Translations under genes and position numbers: made by a program | Notes under the pieces: model-generated | Database searches by the model: none | What the model saw: the letters and a program-made list of their open reading frames with translations, nothing else | Told to the model about the DNA's origin: nothing | Part shown: one piece after another, positions 1 through 11,511 of the stretch | Layout: every line of letters begins with the position of its first letter | Numbering within the stretch: position 1 is the stretch's first letter | Source of the DNA: Prorocentrum cordatum | Lineage: Eukaryota | NCBI GenBank assembly: GCA_963575745.1 | Contig: CAUYUJ010000168.1 | Location: forward strand, 62,001 to 117,297 | Reading direction: 5' to 3' | Length of the DNA stretch: 55,297 bases

Positions 1-635
1 TTTATGAGACTGCAAGAGTTTCGCGGATTGAGGGCGGGTGGTTTCCAGAATGTGGCTCTCGCCTGAGCGCGGCGCATACTCGTTTTGAATGTTTGGAAGA
101 GTTTCGCGGATTGAAGGCGGGTGGTTTTCAAAATGTGGCTCTCGCCTGAGCGCGGCGCACATTCGTTTTAAACATTTGCAGGAATTCACGGATTGAGGGC
201 GGGTGAATTTCAAAATATGGCTCTCGCCAGATTGAGGGCGGGTGGTTTTCAAAATGTGGTTCTCGCCTTAGCGCGGCGCACATTCGTTTTAACATTTGCA
301 AGAGTTTCACGGATTCCCATCGTCAACGTACCAGACATGGTGTTTTGGAAGGATTCAGGATTATGCGGGTGCAACAGTTACGTTGATTCTCTGTGTTGAA
401 GTCCTTGGAATGGCGTTCTGGCACGATTCAGGATCGTCAAAACGCAACACTTCGGTTGATCCGTGGCATTGGAATCCAAAGAATCATGTTTTGGCATGCT
501 TCAGGGTCTTCAAACGGTTGTCTTCCAACGAAGCAGTTCCCTCAATGGACATGAACCGTTGTAGGGGCCTGTGAAGAGGGAGCTTGGAGGGAGGGTTTAC
601 TCCAACATCCTTGATGACTCTTGGGTTTGCACTGG
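1..635 (-). mobile_element. Family A non-autonomous element (83-bp internal satellite), truncated by the window edge
   Basis: Reverse complement of 23823-24615 and 29728-32270. ~82-83-bp units at 1-300, a shared unique arm at ~300-635, and the terminus ACTGG abutting (CTC)n. Confidence 0.8.
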
Positions 636-873
636 TCCTCCTCCTCCTCCTCCTCCTCCTCCTCCTCCACGTGCAGCCGCTGCGCGACTGGCGAGCACGT
701 GCAGTCGCTACGCGAGGCCTGCCGATGCGCACGGCCCCGGAGGGCCCTGCCGGTGTCTGGCAGGCCCGGCGGCGCCGGCGCGGCCGGCCCGCGGGCGCCC
801 CCGCGCTCCCCGGCGCCGCGCCGCCCATGGCGGAGGCGAGGCACGGCGCTGCGCCCGGCGGCGAAGCGTTGAG

Positions 874-1036
874 TTAGGTCGGGCATGTCCTCCTACAGGC
901 GGATTTCGGAAGAAAAATCAAGCGTAGCCCACAAGTATTCCAACATGATCAAACATGGCCACACGAAGAACGTCCCCCGAGGAAACTTTGACGATCTTTA
1001 AAATGTTCCTCCTGTAGAGGGACATGCCCGACTTAA
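874..1036. mobile_element. MITE family M1 (26-bp TIR, 8-bp TSD), copy 1
   Basis: TTAGGTCGGGCATGTCCTCCTACAGG ... CCTGTAGAGGGACATGCCCGACTTAA, with flanks GCGTTGAG / GCGTAGAG. Confidence 0.85.
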
Positions 1037-1044
1037 GCGTAGAG

Positions 1045-1218
1045 TCAGGTCTGGCATGTCCTCCCATAGGCGGATGTTGGAATAGCAGTAATAACATGAA
1101 ATAGAGGCAAAGCAGTAAGTAATCAAACGTAGTCAGACAAGCGCGAAACATCGTCCCAAGACTATTCTCTGGACTATTCTCGAGTGTTCCTCCTGTAGAG
1201 GGACGTGCCCGACTTCAG
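1045..1218. mobile_element. MITE M1 copy 2, tandem to copy 1
   Basis: Same TIRs, degenerate. Flanks GCGTAGAG / GCGTGGAG. Confidence 0.8.
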
Positions 1219-1367
1219 CGTGGAGATCTCCGACAACATGGCTTTTTGGCAATCCTTTGCTCCTGGGTCTTGGCCTCTCGGGCTGTCTGGGAAGGTGGTC
1301 AGAGAAACGCCCCAGCTCGGGCGCGGACCCCTGGGGGGCGGTAGTGGGGGAGGGGGCGCGCAGCGCA

Positions 1368-1655
1368 AGGAGGAGGAGGAGGAGGAGGAGGAGGAGGAGG
1401 CGGAGGCGGAGGAGGAGGAGGAGAAGGAGGAAGGATGAGAGAGGAGGAGGAGGAGGAGGAGGAGACAGGAGGAGGAGGAGGGAGGAGGAGGAGGAGGAGG
1501 AGGAGGAGGAGGAGGAGGAGGAGGAGGAGGAGGAGGAGGAGGAGGAGGAGGAGGAGGAGGAGGAGGAGAGGAGGAGGAGGAGGAGGAGGAGGAGGAGGAG
1601 AGGAGGAGGAGGAGGAGGAGGAGGAGGAGGAGGAGGAGGAGGAGGAGGAGGAGAG
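1368..1655. repeat. (GAG)n microsatellite, one of many GAG/CTC tracts in the window
   Basis: Seen directly. Similar tracts at ~24620, 32270, 34550, 46000, 48220-49640 and 51230-52550. Confidence 0.95.
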
Positions 1656-2077
1656 GGTAAGGAAAGTGCGCCTTGCGGGCCCGAAGGGTCCCCTTCTGGA
1701 CCCTGATGGGGGCCCCTTCAGGTGCCCTCAAGGGTCTCTTGTCTGCAGCCCTCGCTGCACCCCCCCCCGTCTCTACCGCACCCCCAATGCGCGCTCCCCA
1801 ACCATCGTGTGGTTTCTTCAGTCCGGGCGGCTTGCCTCGACCTCGGCCTCCAGGGCCCGTTGTTGAGGGCCCTGGGACGGCCCACGCGGGATCTGGGGTG
1901 AAGACCTGGCCCTGGGGGAAGTTGCAACCCAACGACTTTTCATCGATCTCAGTCTCTGGGGGGTGCTGCCGAAGAACACAAGTGCTAGCCAGCGTGGTCC
2001 CCAGACAGGGTGCTTCTAGCAATCGATGTGGTGCAACACATGCACACACATATGTATGTGCATATAAAAAGATAGAC

Positions 2078-2121
<44 letters not shown>

Positions 2122-2864
2122 GCATGTATGCATGCATGCATGTATATCTATCTATATATATACACATCTACAGATGTATGTGGTGCAATCTATGTGGTGC
2201 ACTCTACGTGGTGCACACTACATGTTGAACAATCTACGTGGAGCGGTCTGTGGGGCGCACTCTTTGTTGTGCAACATCTGTGGTGCAGTCCATGAAGTGC
2301 AATCTATGTGGTGCATTCCATGTGGTGCAATCTGTGTGGTGCATTCGACGTGGCGCAATCCTTGTCGCGGCGACGAGGCGGCGACGGCGGGCACAAGGCC
2401 GCCAGACCGGCACACAAACCCAGACGACGGGCGGCGAAAAGGCGGTGACGGGGCGGCGACGGCGAGTCCATAGCCGCCGGACCGGCCGGACGGCCCAATT
2501 CTTTAGAGCACGAGTAAGAACCCGTAAATGCAAGCCCCGTTAGGGGAAAAACTCGAGCCTGGTTTGTTCAATCTGGGCGGTGTTCCGGGATGCTGTCCAG
2601 GACCGCCACAAACTGACAGGGCGACAAATTGGCCCCGGGGGGAGTCCATATCTTTTTTATTTGATTTCGGCCTCTGGGGCTTGCTTTCGAGGCTCATCAG
2701 GAAAACCCCTGGCATAGTTTTTCAATCCTGCCAGTCTTCCTTGATTTCGGCCCCCGCGGCCTGTTCCCGGGCCTCGTGGCCGCCAAAAGCGGGCCTGAGG
2801 GCCCCGGGGAGGGGACCGGGAGCGCTGTAGAGAAACAGCGAGCGGCATAAACGTACACGCTTGG

Positions 2865-2970
2865 AGCTCCGGGCGGATTTCTTGGATCTGCGCTGCAGCC
2901 CCCTCCCTGGTCGGCGCTGGAGGCGCCGCCAGGGGGGCCCCGCGCCGATCCAAGCAGTCGGCGCGGACCT
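2865..2970. mobile_element. Short MITE family G
   Basis: Inverted ends TCCGCGCGGATTTCTTGGATC / GATCCAAGAAATCCGCGCGGA (degenerate here). Other copies at 28853-28996 and 52937-53060. Confidence 0.6.
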
Positions 2971-3001
2971 CAAAGCTTGTATGTTGAATATGCGCATCTT
3001 T

Positions 3002-3754
3002 CCCAACCATCCTGTGGTGTTGGGCCCTCGTTTCGAAGAGACAGCGCCCAGCGTCACTCCTTCTCTCCTCCTCCCCCTCCTCCCTCCTCCCCCTCCTTGC
3101 GTCTGCCCTCCGCATGTCTGTGTTTCGACACACCCCTCACACATTTCGGGGCCCCATAGGCAGCTCCATCGAAGGCGCCAGTGGGAGGGTTCGCATGGCA
3201 CCACCGCGCCCATTTCGGCACAGCCCTCACACGCTTCGTGGCTCCGTAGGGGGCTCCACCGCAGGCCCCAGTGGGAGGTTCGCATGGCACAGCCGCCTAA
3301 TTGCGGCACACCTCTCGCACGCTTCGTGGCCCCATCAAGTGGCAGGGTTCGCATTGCACAGCTGCCCCGTTTCGGCACACTCCTCACACGTTTCGAGGCC
3401 CTATAGTGAGCTCTACCGAAGGCCCCCGTGGCAGGGTTCGCATGGCACCACCGCGCCCATGTCGGCACACTCCTCACACGCTTCGTGGCTCCGTAGGGGG
3501 CTCCACCGAAGGCCCCAGTGGCAGGGGTCGCATGGCACCACCCCGACCATTTCGGCACACCCTTCACACGTTTCGTGGCCCCATAAGGGGCTCCACCGCA
3601 TGCCCCAGTGGCAGGGTTCGCATATTGCCACCGTACCCACGTCCGCACACCACTCACACGTTTCGTGGCCCCATAAAGGGGGCTCCACCGAAGGCGGGGC
3701 TCACAACTGCGGCACTCACAACTGCATCTGGTTGAGTCCTTCGCCAGGATAATT
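3002..3754 (+). mobile_element. Family B Helentron/HINE-like element with 77-bp satellite
   Basis: 5' CCCAACCAT..GTTGGG hairpin, ~77-bp tandem units, and a 3' TGGTTGAG followed by a short stem-loop and TT. Same ends as 30162-31763. Confidence 0.7.
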
Positions 3755-5301
3755 TGTTCGTCTTCGCCTCTTCGGGCCGCGAACTGAAAAAGCCACGTCG
3801 TGGGATGTCTGGGGAGTAGAAGCCTGCCGGGGGCCGCGCCAGGATCTCGAGGGCGGCAGCGGTTGGAGGTCTGGGGAACGAGTGCAGAAGGAGAACGAGA
3901 AGGGGGGAGGAGCACGAGGAACACGCATTCGGGAGAACACGCCGGCAGCGATGCCATCACAAAGCGCGGCAGAATAAGCAGCGAGAAGCACATCGGCGTT
4001 TAAGCAACGGACCCCTTGGGCTTTCCCGGCGCGCGAGACTCTTCCTGCCCAAGAAGTCCCCAAGATCGCTCGAAATGCCCCACAATCCCCCCGGAAAGCC
4101 CCAACACAGCCCAGAAGGGCCCCTAGACGACCCCGAGGCTCCCAAGACGGCCCAAAACGCCCCGAGAGAGCTTTGGAAGGAAAACCTCCGGAAGGAAAAC
4201 TCCAACAACCATTTCAAACCCATGTCGCCAGCAGGCCCGAAAGAAGCCACAACGAAGCCCCTAAGACGCCCAAAAATACCTCCAAATCGCTCCCACGAAA
4301 CCCCCAAAGACGTCGAACCTGCCTGCAAGGGCTCCCTAGAGGCTTCCCCAGAGCCCGATGACCACCAACAGCAATAAGCATGAGGGGTCGGCGGATGTGG
4401 CACAAGCCCGCAGAGTCACGACCCCTCCATTTTCGTCGTCTCCGGCCTCTGGGGGCCCTCGCTGGGCCCCGGGACCGCCAGAACATGACTCACGAGGAAC
4501 AGCTGGCCCCGGGGGCAAGGGTATGGGGCCTCCCGGGGGGCCTGCTCTCGGGGGAGGCCCCCGAGGCCCCCCGGGCCCCCCTTGGCGTCGCGCTCCGCGG
4601 CGACACGTGACACACGTCGTCGCCCTCGCGCCCTCGCGCCGAGGCCCTGGCTGGCGAGGGGCGCAGCTCTCCTGCCCGGCCCGCGGCGCGCGGAGGGGAG
4701 TCGTCTTCGCGCCCGTGCGGGCGACCGGCGCGGCCCTGCGGATGGGAGCGGTCGCATCCCCCGGGAGAGGCGTGCTCGCTCGAGCGGGAGACCTCGGAAT
4801 CGTGGCGCAGCGAGGTCCACGGCCGGGTGCCTTGGGCGTACCCTACCCGCCTGCGTCGTCTCCCGGCGAGCAGCTGCGAGAGAGCTGATCTCTCTCTCTC
4901 TCTCTCGTTCTGTCTTTCTTTCATTTTTTTCCTCTCTCTCTCATGTGTCAATGGTCTGGGCGTGGGCTCAGCGTCTCAAATGTTGACAGCACCGTCCGTT
5001 CAGCCCGTGCTGGAGTACCCCAAGGCCCATGCAATCCTGAGAAATACAAAGTCTTGTGAGGTTCTGAGAAAGCTGCTCCCGTACAACTTCCAGGAATTCC
5101 TGGGGAGGTCGCCCTCTGGAAGTCCAGCCGGCCCCAAGACGAACTCTTCTAGAGGCAGGAGGCCCCCCCAGACGGGCCAAGAGGGCCCCAGGAGGCCCCC
5201 AAGACTGTCCAAGAAGACTCCGAGCCGTCCGCAGATCGCTCCGAGACGCCCAGGGCGACCTCCAAGATGTCCCCAATGAGTCCCCCAAGACGCGCCAAGA
5301 C

Positions 5302-5491
5302 TCCAGTCGGGCCTGTCCCCCTACAGGGGGATATTCGACGGAAAATTAAAAATACCCCCAAGCTAATCAAAAAATAATAAAAAATAGTCTGGGGACTATT
5401 TTTTAGTATTTTTTTGTACCTTTTTGGGGTATTTGTGGGGTATTTTTTTCCTCGTCGCAAATCCCCCTGCAGGGGGACACGCCCGACATAA
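5302..5491. mobile_element. MITE M1 copy 3
   Basis: M1-type TIRs and a perfect 8-bp TSD GCCAAGAC (5294-5301 and 5492-5499). Confidence 0.85.
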
Positions 5492-6035
5492 GCCAAGACG
5501 GTCTCCGCAGGCTTTGCAAGGATGCGGCCGACGAGGCCAGGCACTCGAGGCCGTGAGGGATGCGGGCCAGGGTGCGGGCCAGCATGCGGACACTGCCACG
5601 GGAGCCTTCCGGCGGAGCTCCTGGCGGGGCCGCGAGGCGTGCGACGGGTGCTCCGAGATGGGCGGCGGGACGCCTGCGAGCCCTGCGCCGGACGAGTCGC
5701 ATCGGCGGACGTCAGGGCGTATGTTGTGCGTGTGCCCACTGGCGTGGCCGCGATAGCGGCCTCCTCCTCCTCCTCCTCCTCCTCCTCCTCTCCCTCCTCT
5801 CCCTCCTCCCCCTCCTCCTCCTCCTCCTCCTCCTCATCATCATCGGCGATGCACCAGCGACGCATCGGCGATGTCGGCGATGCATCGGCGCCGTCGACGT
5901 GGAGCACATCGGGCTCCACATCGAGCCGCATCGCCGATGCATCGGCGATGCGGCGCGATCCTCCGACCCCATCTAGGAAGCCTAGAACATCGGCCGACGT
6001 CAGGTGTGTGGGTGTGGTGCGCGCGCCCACTGGCG

Positions 6036-6484
6036 TTGGGTCGGGCATGTCCCCCTACAGGCGGATTTTGGGCGAAAGATAAAAAACGACCCCCAAAAAG
6101 ACACCCAAATGGTCCAAACATAATAGAAGAATCTGGCTCAGGCTATTTTTTGACTATTTTTGGGTGTTCTTCTCGGCTACACGCAAGAGTGACCCTGGGT
6201 AAGAGTGACCTTTGGTGCGCGACTCAACGGGGCGCGTGGGGTGGCAAAACACAAAGCGCAAGACGCTACTATCGCATCGCGCTCGGCGGTCGGGGGAACC
6301 CCATGGGCCCGCACCAAAGGTCACTCCGGCGAAGGGCCACTCTTGCGTCTAGTCGATCTTCCTGTAGAGGGACGACCCCCAAAAATACACCCAAATGGTC
6401 CACAAATAATAAAATAATCTCGTTCAGGCCATTTTTTGACTCTTTTTGACTGCTCTTCCTGTAGGAGGGACGCGCCCGACCTGC
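6036..6484. mobile_element. MITE M1 copy 4 with a nested MITE
   Basis: TSD CACTGGCG / CACCGGCG. An empty-site equivalent CCCACTGGCGTGGCCGCG occurs at ~5736. Confidence 0.75.
6177..6351. mobile_element. MITE nested in M1 copy 4 (AAGAGTGACC subrepeats)
   Basis: ACGCAAGAGTGACC ... GGCCACTCTTGCGT inverted ends. Second copy at ~35686-35853. Confidence 0.65.
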
Positions 6485-6761
6485 CACCGGCGTGGCCGCG
6501 AGGCTCCCCTGCGGGGCAGCCGGCCGACGCCCGGGCGGCGGCAGCCCGCGCGCGGGGAGGCCCACGAGGCGCCCGCCGGGCACCCAATGGGCGCGGAGAG
6601 CCCGGCGGCACCCCCGCGGGACGCGCGGAGAGCCGAGGCGGAGGTGATGCGACGCTCGGGCACGAGTGCCGAAATCCCCGGGACCCCAGCTGAGCGAGGA
6701 AGCCCAGGGGTACCCTGACGAAGAGCATGTGGCTTCCGGAGGCGCGCCCCCTAATGGTACA

Positions 6762-6940
6762 CCAGATCTCGTAAGAAAGGGAGGGGGGTCTCATTTCGGG
6801 GGGGGTCTCTTCCAGGCTATCTCGGAGGGCCTGGGGGGGGGTCTGGGGACGATGTTTTGGAGGGTTCTCCCAACGGGGGGGGGTCTGAAATGGCTTGTCT
6901 TGGAGGGTCCAGACCCCCTCCCTTTTATAACGAAATCTGG
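6762..6940. mobile_element. MITE with ~30-bp imperfect TIR
   Basis: CCAGATCTCGTAAGAAAGGGAGGGGGGTCT versus AGACCCCCTCCCTTTTATAACGAAATCTGG. Confidence 0.55.
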
Positions 6941-7072
6941 ACTACACACTGCAGACGTAGAAGCTCCTCGCCTCGTGGGGGCAGCTCTTCACGGCGTGCG
7001 CGCGCCGCCAATCGCGGCGGCGCGCTGAGGCCGGCCCCCCGCGGGTCCCGGCGCAAAGGCGCGGGAACCTGT

Positions 7073-7265
7073 CGGGGGCGCGCAAACATGGATTAGCGAT
7101 CCATGGATCTGGCGCGCGTTCGCGGGATCCGTGGATTGGGGGGAGGCGCCCGCCCCGAGGGGCGGCCGGTGCCGCCTCGCTCGGCGGCGGAGATCAAGGA
7201 TTTCCCATGGAAACGGGGCCCGTGCCTGATCCACGCCCCCTTGATCCATGTTTGCGATCGCCTGA
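7073..7265. mobile_element. MITE family C
   Basis: CGCAAACATGGAT ... ATCCATGTTTGCG inverted ends. Homologous copy at 34322-34512. Confidence 0.7.
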
Positions 7266-7268
7266 AAA

Positions 7269-7473
7269 TGGGGTCCAGCTGAAAGAGGGTGGTGCCATAG
7301 ATTTTTGGGCAACTGTATTGCAACTGTACTGCGCCAAACATTTGCGTTGCCATGTACTGCAACCGGTGTGTTGCACGCCAGACAGAATGTATCGCACACC
7401 CAAATCTAATGCAACCCCCGACAACTCGACTGCACCAAATCTATTGCACCACCCCCTTTTTGCTGGACATCCT
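7269..7473. mobile_element. MITE family D
   Basis: GGGGTCCAGC..GGTGGTGC / GCACCACC..GCTGGAC ends. Homologous copy at 52085-52314. Confidence 0.65.
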
Positions 7474-7942
7474 TCTGGCTTAACCAGAAGACAGACAGTC
7501 AACGTGCTTGCAGCTTGGGAGCCTTTGGGGATGCGCTTCGGCTGCCTTTGGGCCGTCATGGGCGGCCCCTGCGCCGCGTTGGGCCCATCCTGGGCCCCTG
7601 CGGACATCTCGGGGAACACAGGAATCGTCTTGCAGACTGTCTTGGGACCTCTGAAGGGGTAGCTTGGCCATCTTTGGGGAAGGGAGCCTCCACGGGATCT
7701 ACTTGGGACTCACTGGAGCCCCGTCGTGGACTCCTCTTGGGGCCTTCTGACGCCCCTGTGCCGTCTTGGGCGGTTCTTTGGGCCGTGTTCGGTCCATCAG
7801 GGGCCCTGCTGACATCTTGGGGAGCACTAAAGTTAGAGGCCTCCCATCTAGGAGGCCTAGAAATTCTTGGGCCGTGTTCGGTCCATGAGGGGCCCGGCGG
7901 ACATCTTGGGGAGCACTGGGGCCGTCTTGGAGGCTCTCTGGG

Positions 7943-8091
7943 TTAGGTCGGGCATTTCCTCCTGTAGGCGGATATTGGAAGAAAAATGAAACACAGTCAG
8001 AAATAATAACAGAGCGCGCGAGAAATCGCCACCAGGCTATTTTGTTACTGTTCTTGCAAATTTCTCTTGTAGAGGGACATGCCCGACTTAA
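7943..8091. mobile_element. MITE M1 copy 5
   Basis: TTAGGTCGGGCATTTCC ... GGGACATGCCCGACTTAA. TSD degenerate. Confidence 0.8.
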
Positions 8092-8624
8092 CACTAGGGC
8101 CGTCTTGGAGGCCCTCTGGGGCCATCTGAAGATTTGGGTGACCCAGAAGGGGGTCCAGCTGGCGGAGCCTGAGGGGGCCGCCTCGGGGGAGGGGAACTGC
8201 CAGTATACAGGGGTGGCTGCTGCGCCCCGCCCCCGCCCAGGGTCTCCGTGGTATAGTGCGGGCGCGGGCGCAAGAAACCATCGCAAGAAACTCAGCCCTG
8301 AAAACCCGCGCGCGAGGTGCACCTGAAGAGAACAACTGCTCTGACTGCCGCGGGAGGTCACCACGCAGCGCGCGGAGCGAAGAAACCAAGGGTGCCCTGA
8401 CGAACAGCATATGGTTTCTTCATGCACGCCCCCACTGTGTGCGTGTGCACGTGTGCACACATAGAGGGCAGAACATCTGGGTCCGGGTGCTTTTTCCTCG
8501 AACATAGTTGCCGCGCGCGCATCTGCAAACATGCACATATACACTTTCATGGATCGTGGTGCGCACATGTATGTACACACGCATATATATATATATATGA
8601 TTGGAGATGAATCCAGTATAATAT

Positions 8625-9585
8625 GTTCAATTAATTTAATTTATTTAACTTATTTAATTCATTTATGTTGGCTAATTAAATAAATTAAACAAATTCTATT
8701 TATTTAATTTATTTATTTTATTTAATTTATTTAATTTATTTAATTTATTTTTTCGGCCTCCCTGGCGGAGATCACGGCAGGCTTCAGGTGCACCCGAATT
8801 TATTTAATTTATTTAATTGCTGCGTTTTAAATAAATTAAATAATTAAATAAATTAAATAATATATTGGGCCCTGGCGATCGCCAGGCTCTCCGCCAGATA
8901 GGCCGAGAAATAAATTAAATAAATTAAATAAATTAAATAAATTAAATAAATCAAATAAATAGAATTTATTTAATTTATTTAATTTATTTAATTTATTTAT
9001 GTGAGTTAATTAAATAAATTAAATAAATTCTATTTTTTAAATTTATGTAATGTATTTAATTTATTTAATTTATTTAATTTATTTTTTCGGCCTCCCTGGC
9101 GGAGATCACGGCAGGCTTCAGGTGCACCCGAATTTATTTAATGTATTTAATTGCTGCGTTTTAACTAAATTAAATAATTAAATAAATTAAATAATATATT
9201 GGGCCCTGGGGATCGCCAGGCTCTCCGCCAGATAGACCGAGAAATAAATTAAATAAATTAAATAAATTAAATAAATTAAATAAATCAAATAAATAGAATT
9301 TATTTAATTTATTTAATTTATTTAATTTATTTATGTGGGTTAATTAACTAAATTAAATAAATCCCATTTATTTAATTTATTTAATTTATTTAATTTATTT
9401 AATTTATTTTTTCGGCCTCCCTGGCGGAGATCATGGCGGGCTTCAGGTGCACCCGAATTTATTTAATTTATTTATTTGCTGCGTTTTAAATAAATTAAAT
9501 AAATTAAATAAAATAAATAAATTAAATAAATTAAATAATATATTGGGCCCTGGCGATTGCCAGAACCTCCGCCAGATAGGCTGAG
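8625..9585. repeat. AT-rich foldback-like tandem repeat (~330-bp unit x3) built of 9-bp TTATTTAAT subrepeats in alternating orientation
   Basis: GC cores TCGGCCTCCCTGGCGGAGA (~8753, 9087, 9412) are near-inverted to TCTCCGCCAGATAGGCCGA (~8888, 9222, 9567). Confidence 0.85.
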
Positions 9586-9899
9586 ACGGCGACGACGGCG
9601 CCAGAAAATATTAAAAGTGCGGTACCCCCGGTCCCTGGGCCACCGCCTCCTTGGCATGTTTTTTCTCATATTATGCCTCCGCCTTCTCCCTACTATTTTT
9701 ACTCCTCCTCCTCGTCCTCCTCCTACTCTTTCATTTCTTCCTGGTCTGCCAGCGTTTACGCAGGGAGCGGTAATCGTGCCGCCGCTCGCAGACGTGAACT
9801 CTACAGTGCTTTTTTGTTCGGTACCCCCGGGGCCTGGGCCACCCCCGACGACCATGACGACGACGACGACGACGACGACAGGGGCAGCGGGCGCGACGA

Positions 9900-10143
9900 C
9901 GACGGCGAGGACGGCGGCGGCGGCGGTGGAGGCGGCGGCGGCGGCGGCGAAAGCGAAGTCGGCGGAAGTGTCCGGGAGCGCGCCGTCCGGACACTTCCAA
10001 AGACTCTGGACGACGATGACGACGACGACGGCGACGACGGCGGCGGCGGCGGTGGAGGCGGCGGCGGCGGCGGCGAAAGCGAAGTCGGCGGAAGTGTCCG
10101 GGAGCGCGCCGTCCACACACTTCCAAAGACTCTGGACGACGAT

Positions 10144-10160
<17 letters not shown>
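9900..10160. repeat. 126-bp tandem duplication rich in GAC/GGC
   Basis: GAAAGCGAAGTCGGCGGAAGTGTCCGGGAGCGCGCCGTCC occurs twice, 126 bp apart. Confidence 0.8.
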
Positions 10161-10177
<17 letters not shown>

Positions 10178-11029
10178 CCAGAAAATATTGAAAGTGAAAA
10201 TATGATATATTGTTTATTAGTTAATTTTTTCCCGTGCTCTTCTCCCGCCAAGGCCGAAGGAAAAATCGGTCGTGAGTGGTGAGATAATACCGTGCCGTCC
10301 GCTTCCGGAGGCTTCCAAAACCCAGCGGAGGCTGCCACGGAAATGTCCGGAGGCCCTTGGGGGCCTCCCTGGGGCCTGCCAGGCTTCTCTGGGGGCGCCC
10401 AAAATAAGTGGTACAAGCATGGGTTCCAAACGATAAGTTTTACCACTTATTTTGAGGGCCCTCTTGGACCTCTCTTGGGCTTCTTGGGGGCCCATTGGTC
10501 GTCTTGCGCCATATTGTTGGGTTTCTTGGCTTTTTTTTTCCGCCGTGTTGGGGCGATCACTGCAGTCTGCGGGTCTCCTAGTATCATCGCGAGGCCGTCT
10601 TGAGGTTGTACTGTCATGGTCCGAACCACTCGGAGGTTCGAGGATCGAACTTCGGGGAACGAGGTACAGCCCGAAAACCAACCGAACGACGGAGGGGGGG
10701 GAACTGGGAGGAGGAGGAGGAGAAGGAGGAGGAGGAGGAAGAGGAGGAGGACGACGACGACGACGACGACGAGGACGAGGAGGACAAGGAGGACGAGGGA
10801 GGGGAGGAGGAGAAGGAACAGCAGCAGCAACATCAGAAAGTGTCTGTGACAATTCAGTGACGGTCCCTCCTGATCGGGGTACAACAAAATCGCCCGTTTA
10901 TGTTGTACCCGCTCGCTGCTGGGAGGGCGAAGAGGTTGGCCTCGGGGGGGGGGTGGCGTGATGAGTTTTTTGCTTTCCTAGAACACCCTCCCATTCTCCT
11001 TCTCCTCCTTCTCCCGCTTCCTTCCCCTA

Positions 11030-11455
11030 TGCCATACCTACCATACCATATCAGACCTACCATACGATACATCACATACCATATTACACCAGATCTACCA
11101 TACCATACCATATTTACCATACCATACCATACCATATCACAGCACTCGTACCATGCCATACCATAATATTTATCAGGTTTCGTGTCCCTCCCACCCTTCC
11201 TCGGTGGCTCCGCCTGAGCGAGGAGAGTCGGCGAATACAATAGTATTTATCAGATTTCGTGCTCCTCCCACCCCTCCAGGGAGGCACCGCCTGAGCGATG
11301 AGGGTGTACGCATACCATACTATTTATAAGGTTTCGTGCCATCCCTCTTCTCCAAGAGGCCCCGCCTGAGCGAGGAAGGTATACGAATACCGTATCACTT
11401 ATCAGGTTTCGTGCCCCCTCCCACCCCTCCAGGGAGGCCCCGCCTGAGCGAGGGG
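11030..11455. repeat. (ATACC)n microsatellite followed by four ~76-bp units
   Basis: TTATCAGGTTTCGTG...CGCCTGAGCGAGG recurs at ~11170, 11247, 11323 and 11399. Confidence 0.75.
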
Positions 11456-11511
11456 ATAGAGCTGCAGCCGTATCTCCCTCGAGATATCACCCTTTTGGCG
11501 TGGCTCGGCAT

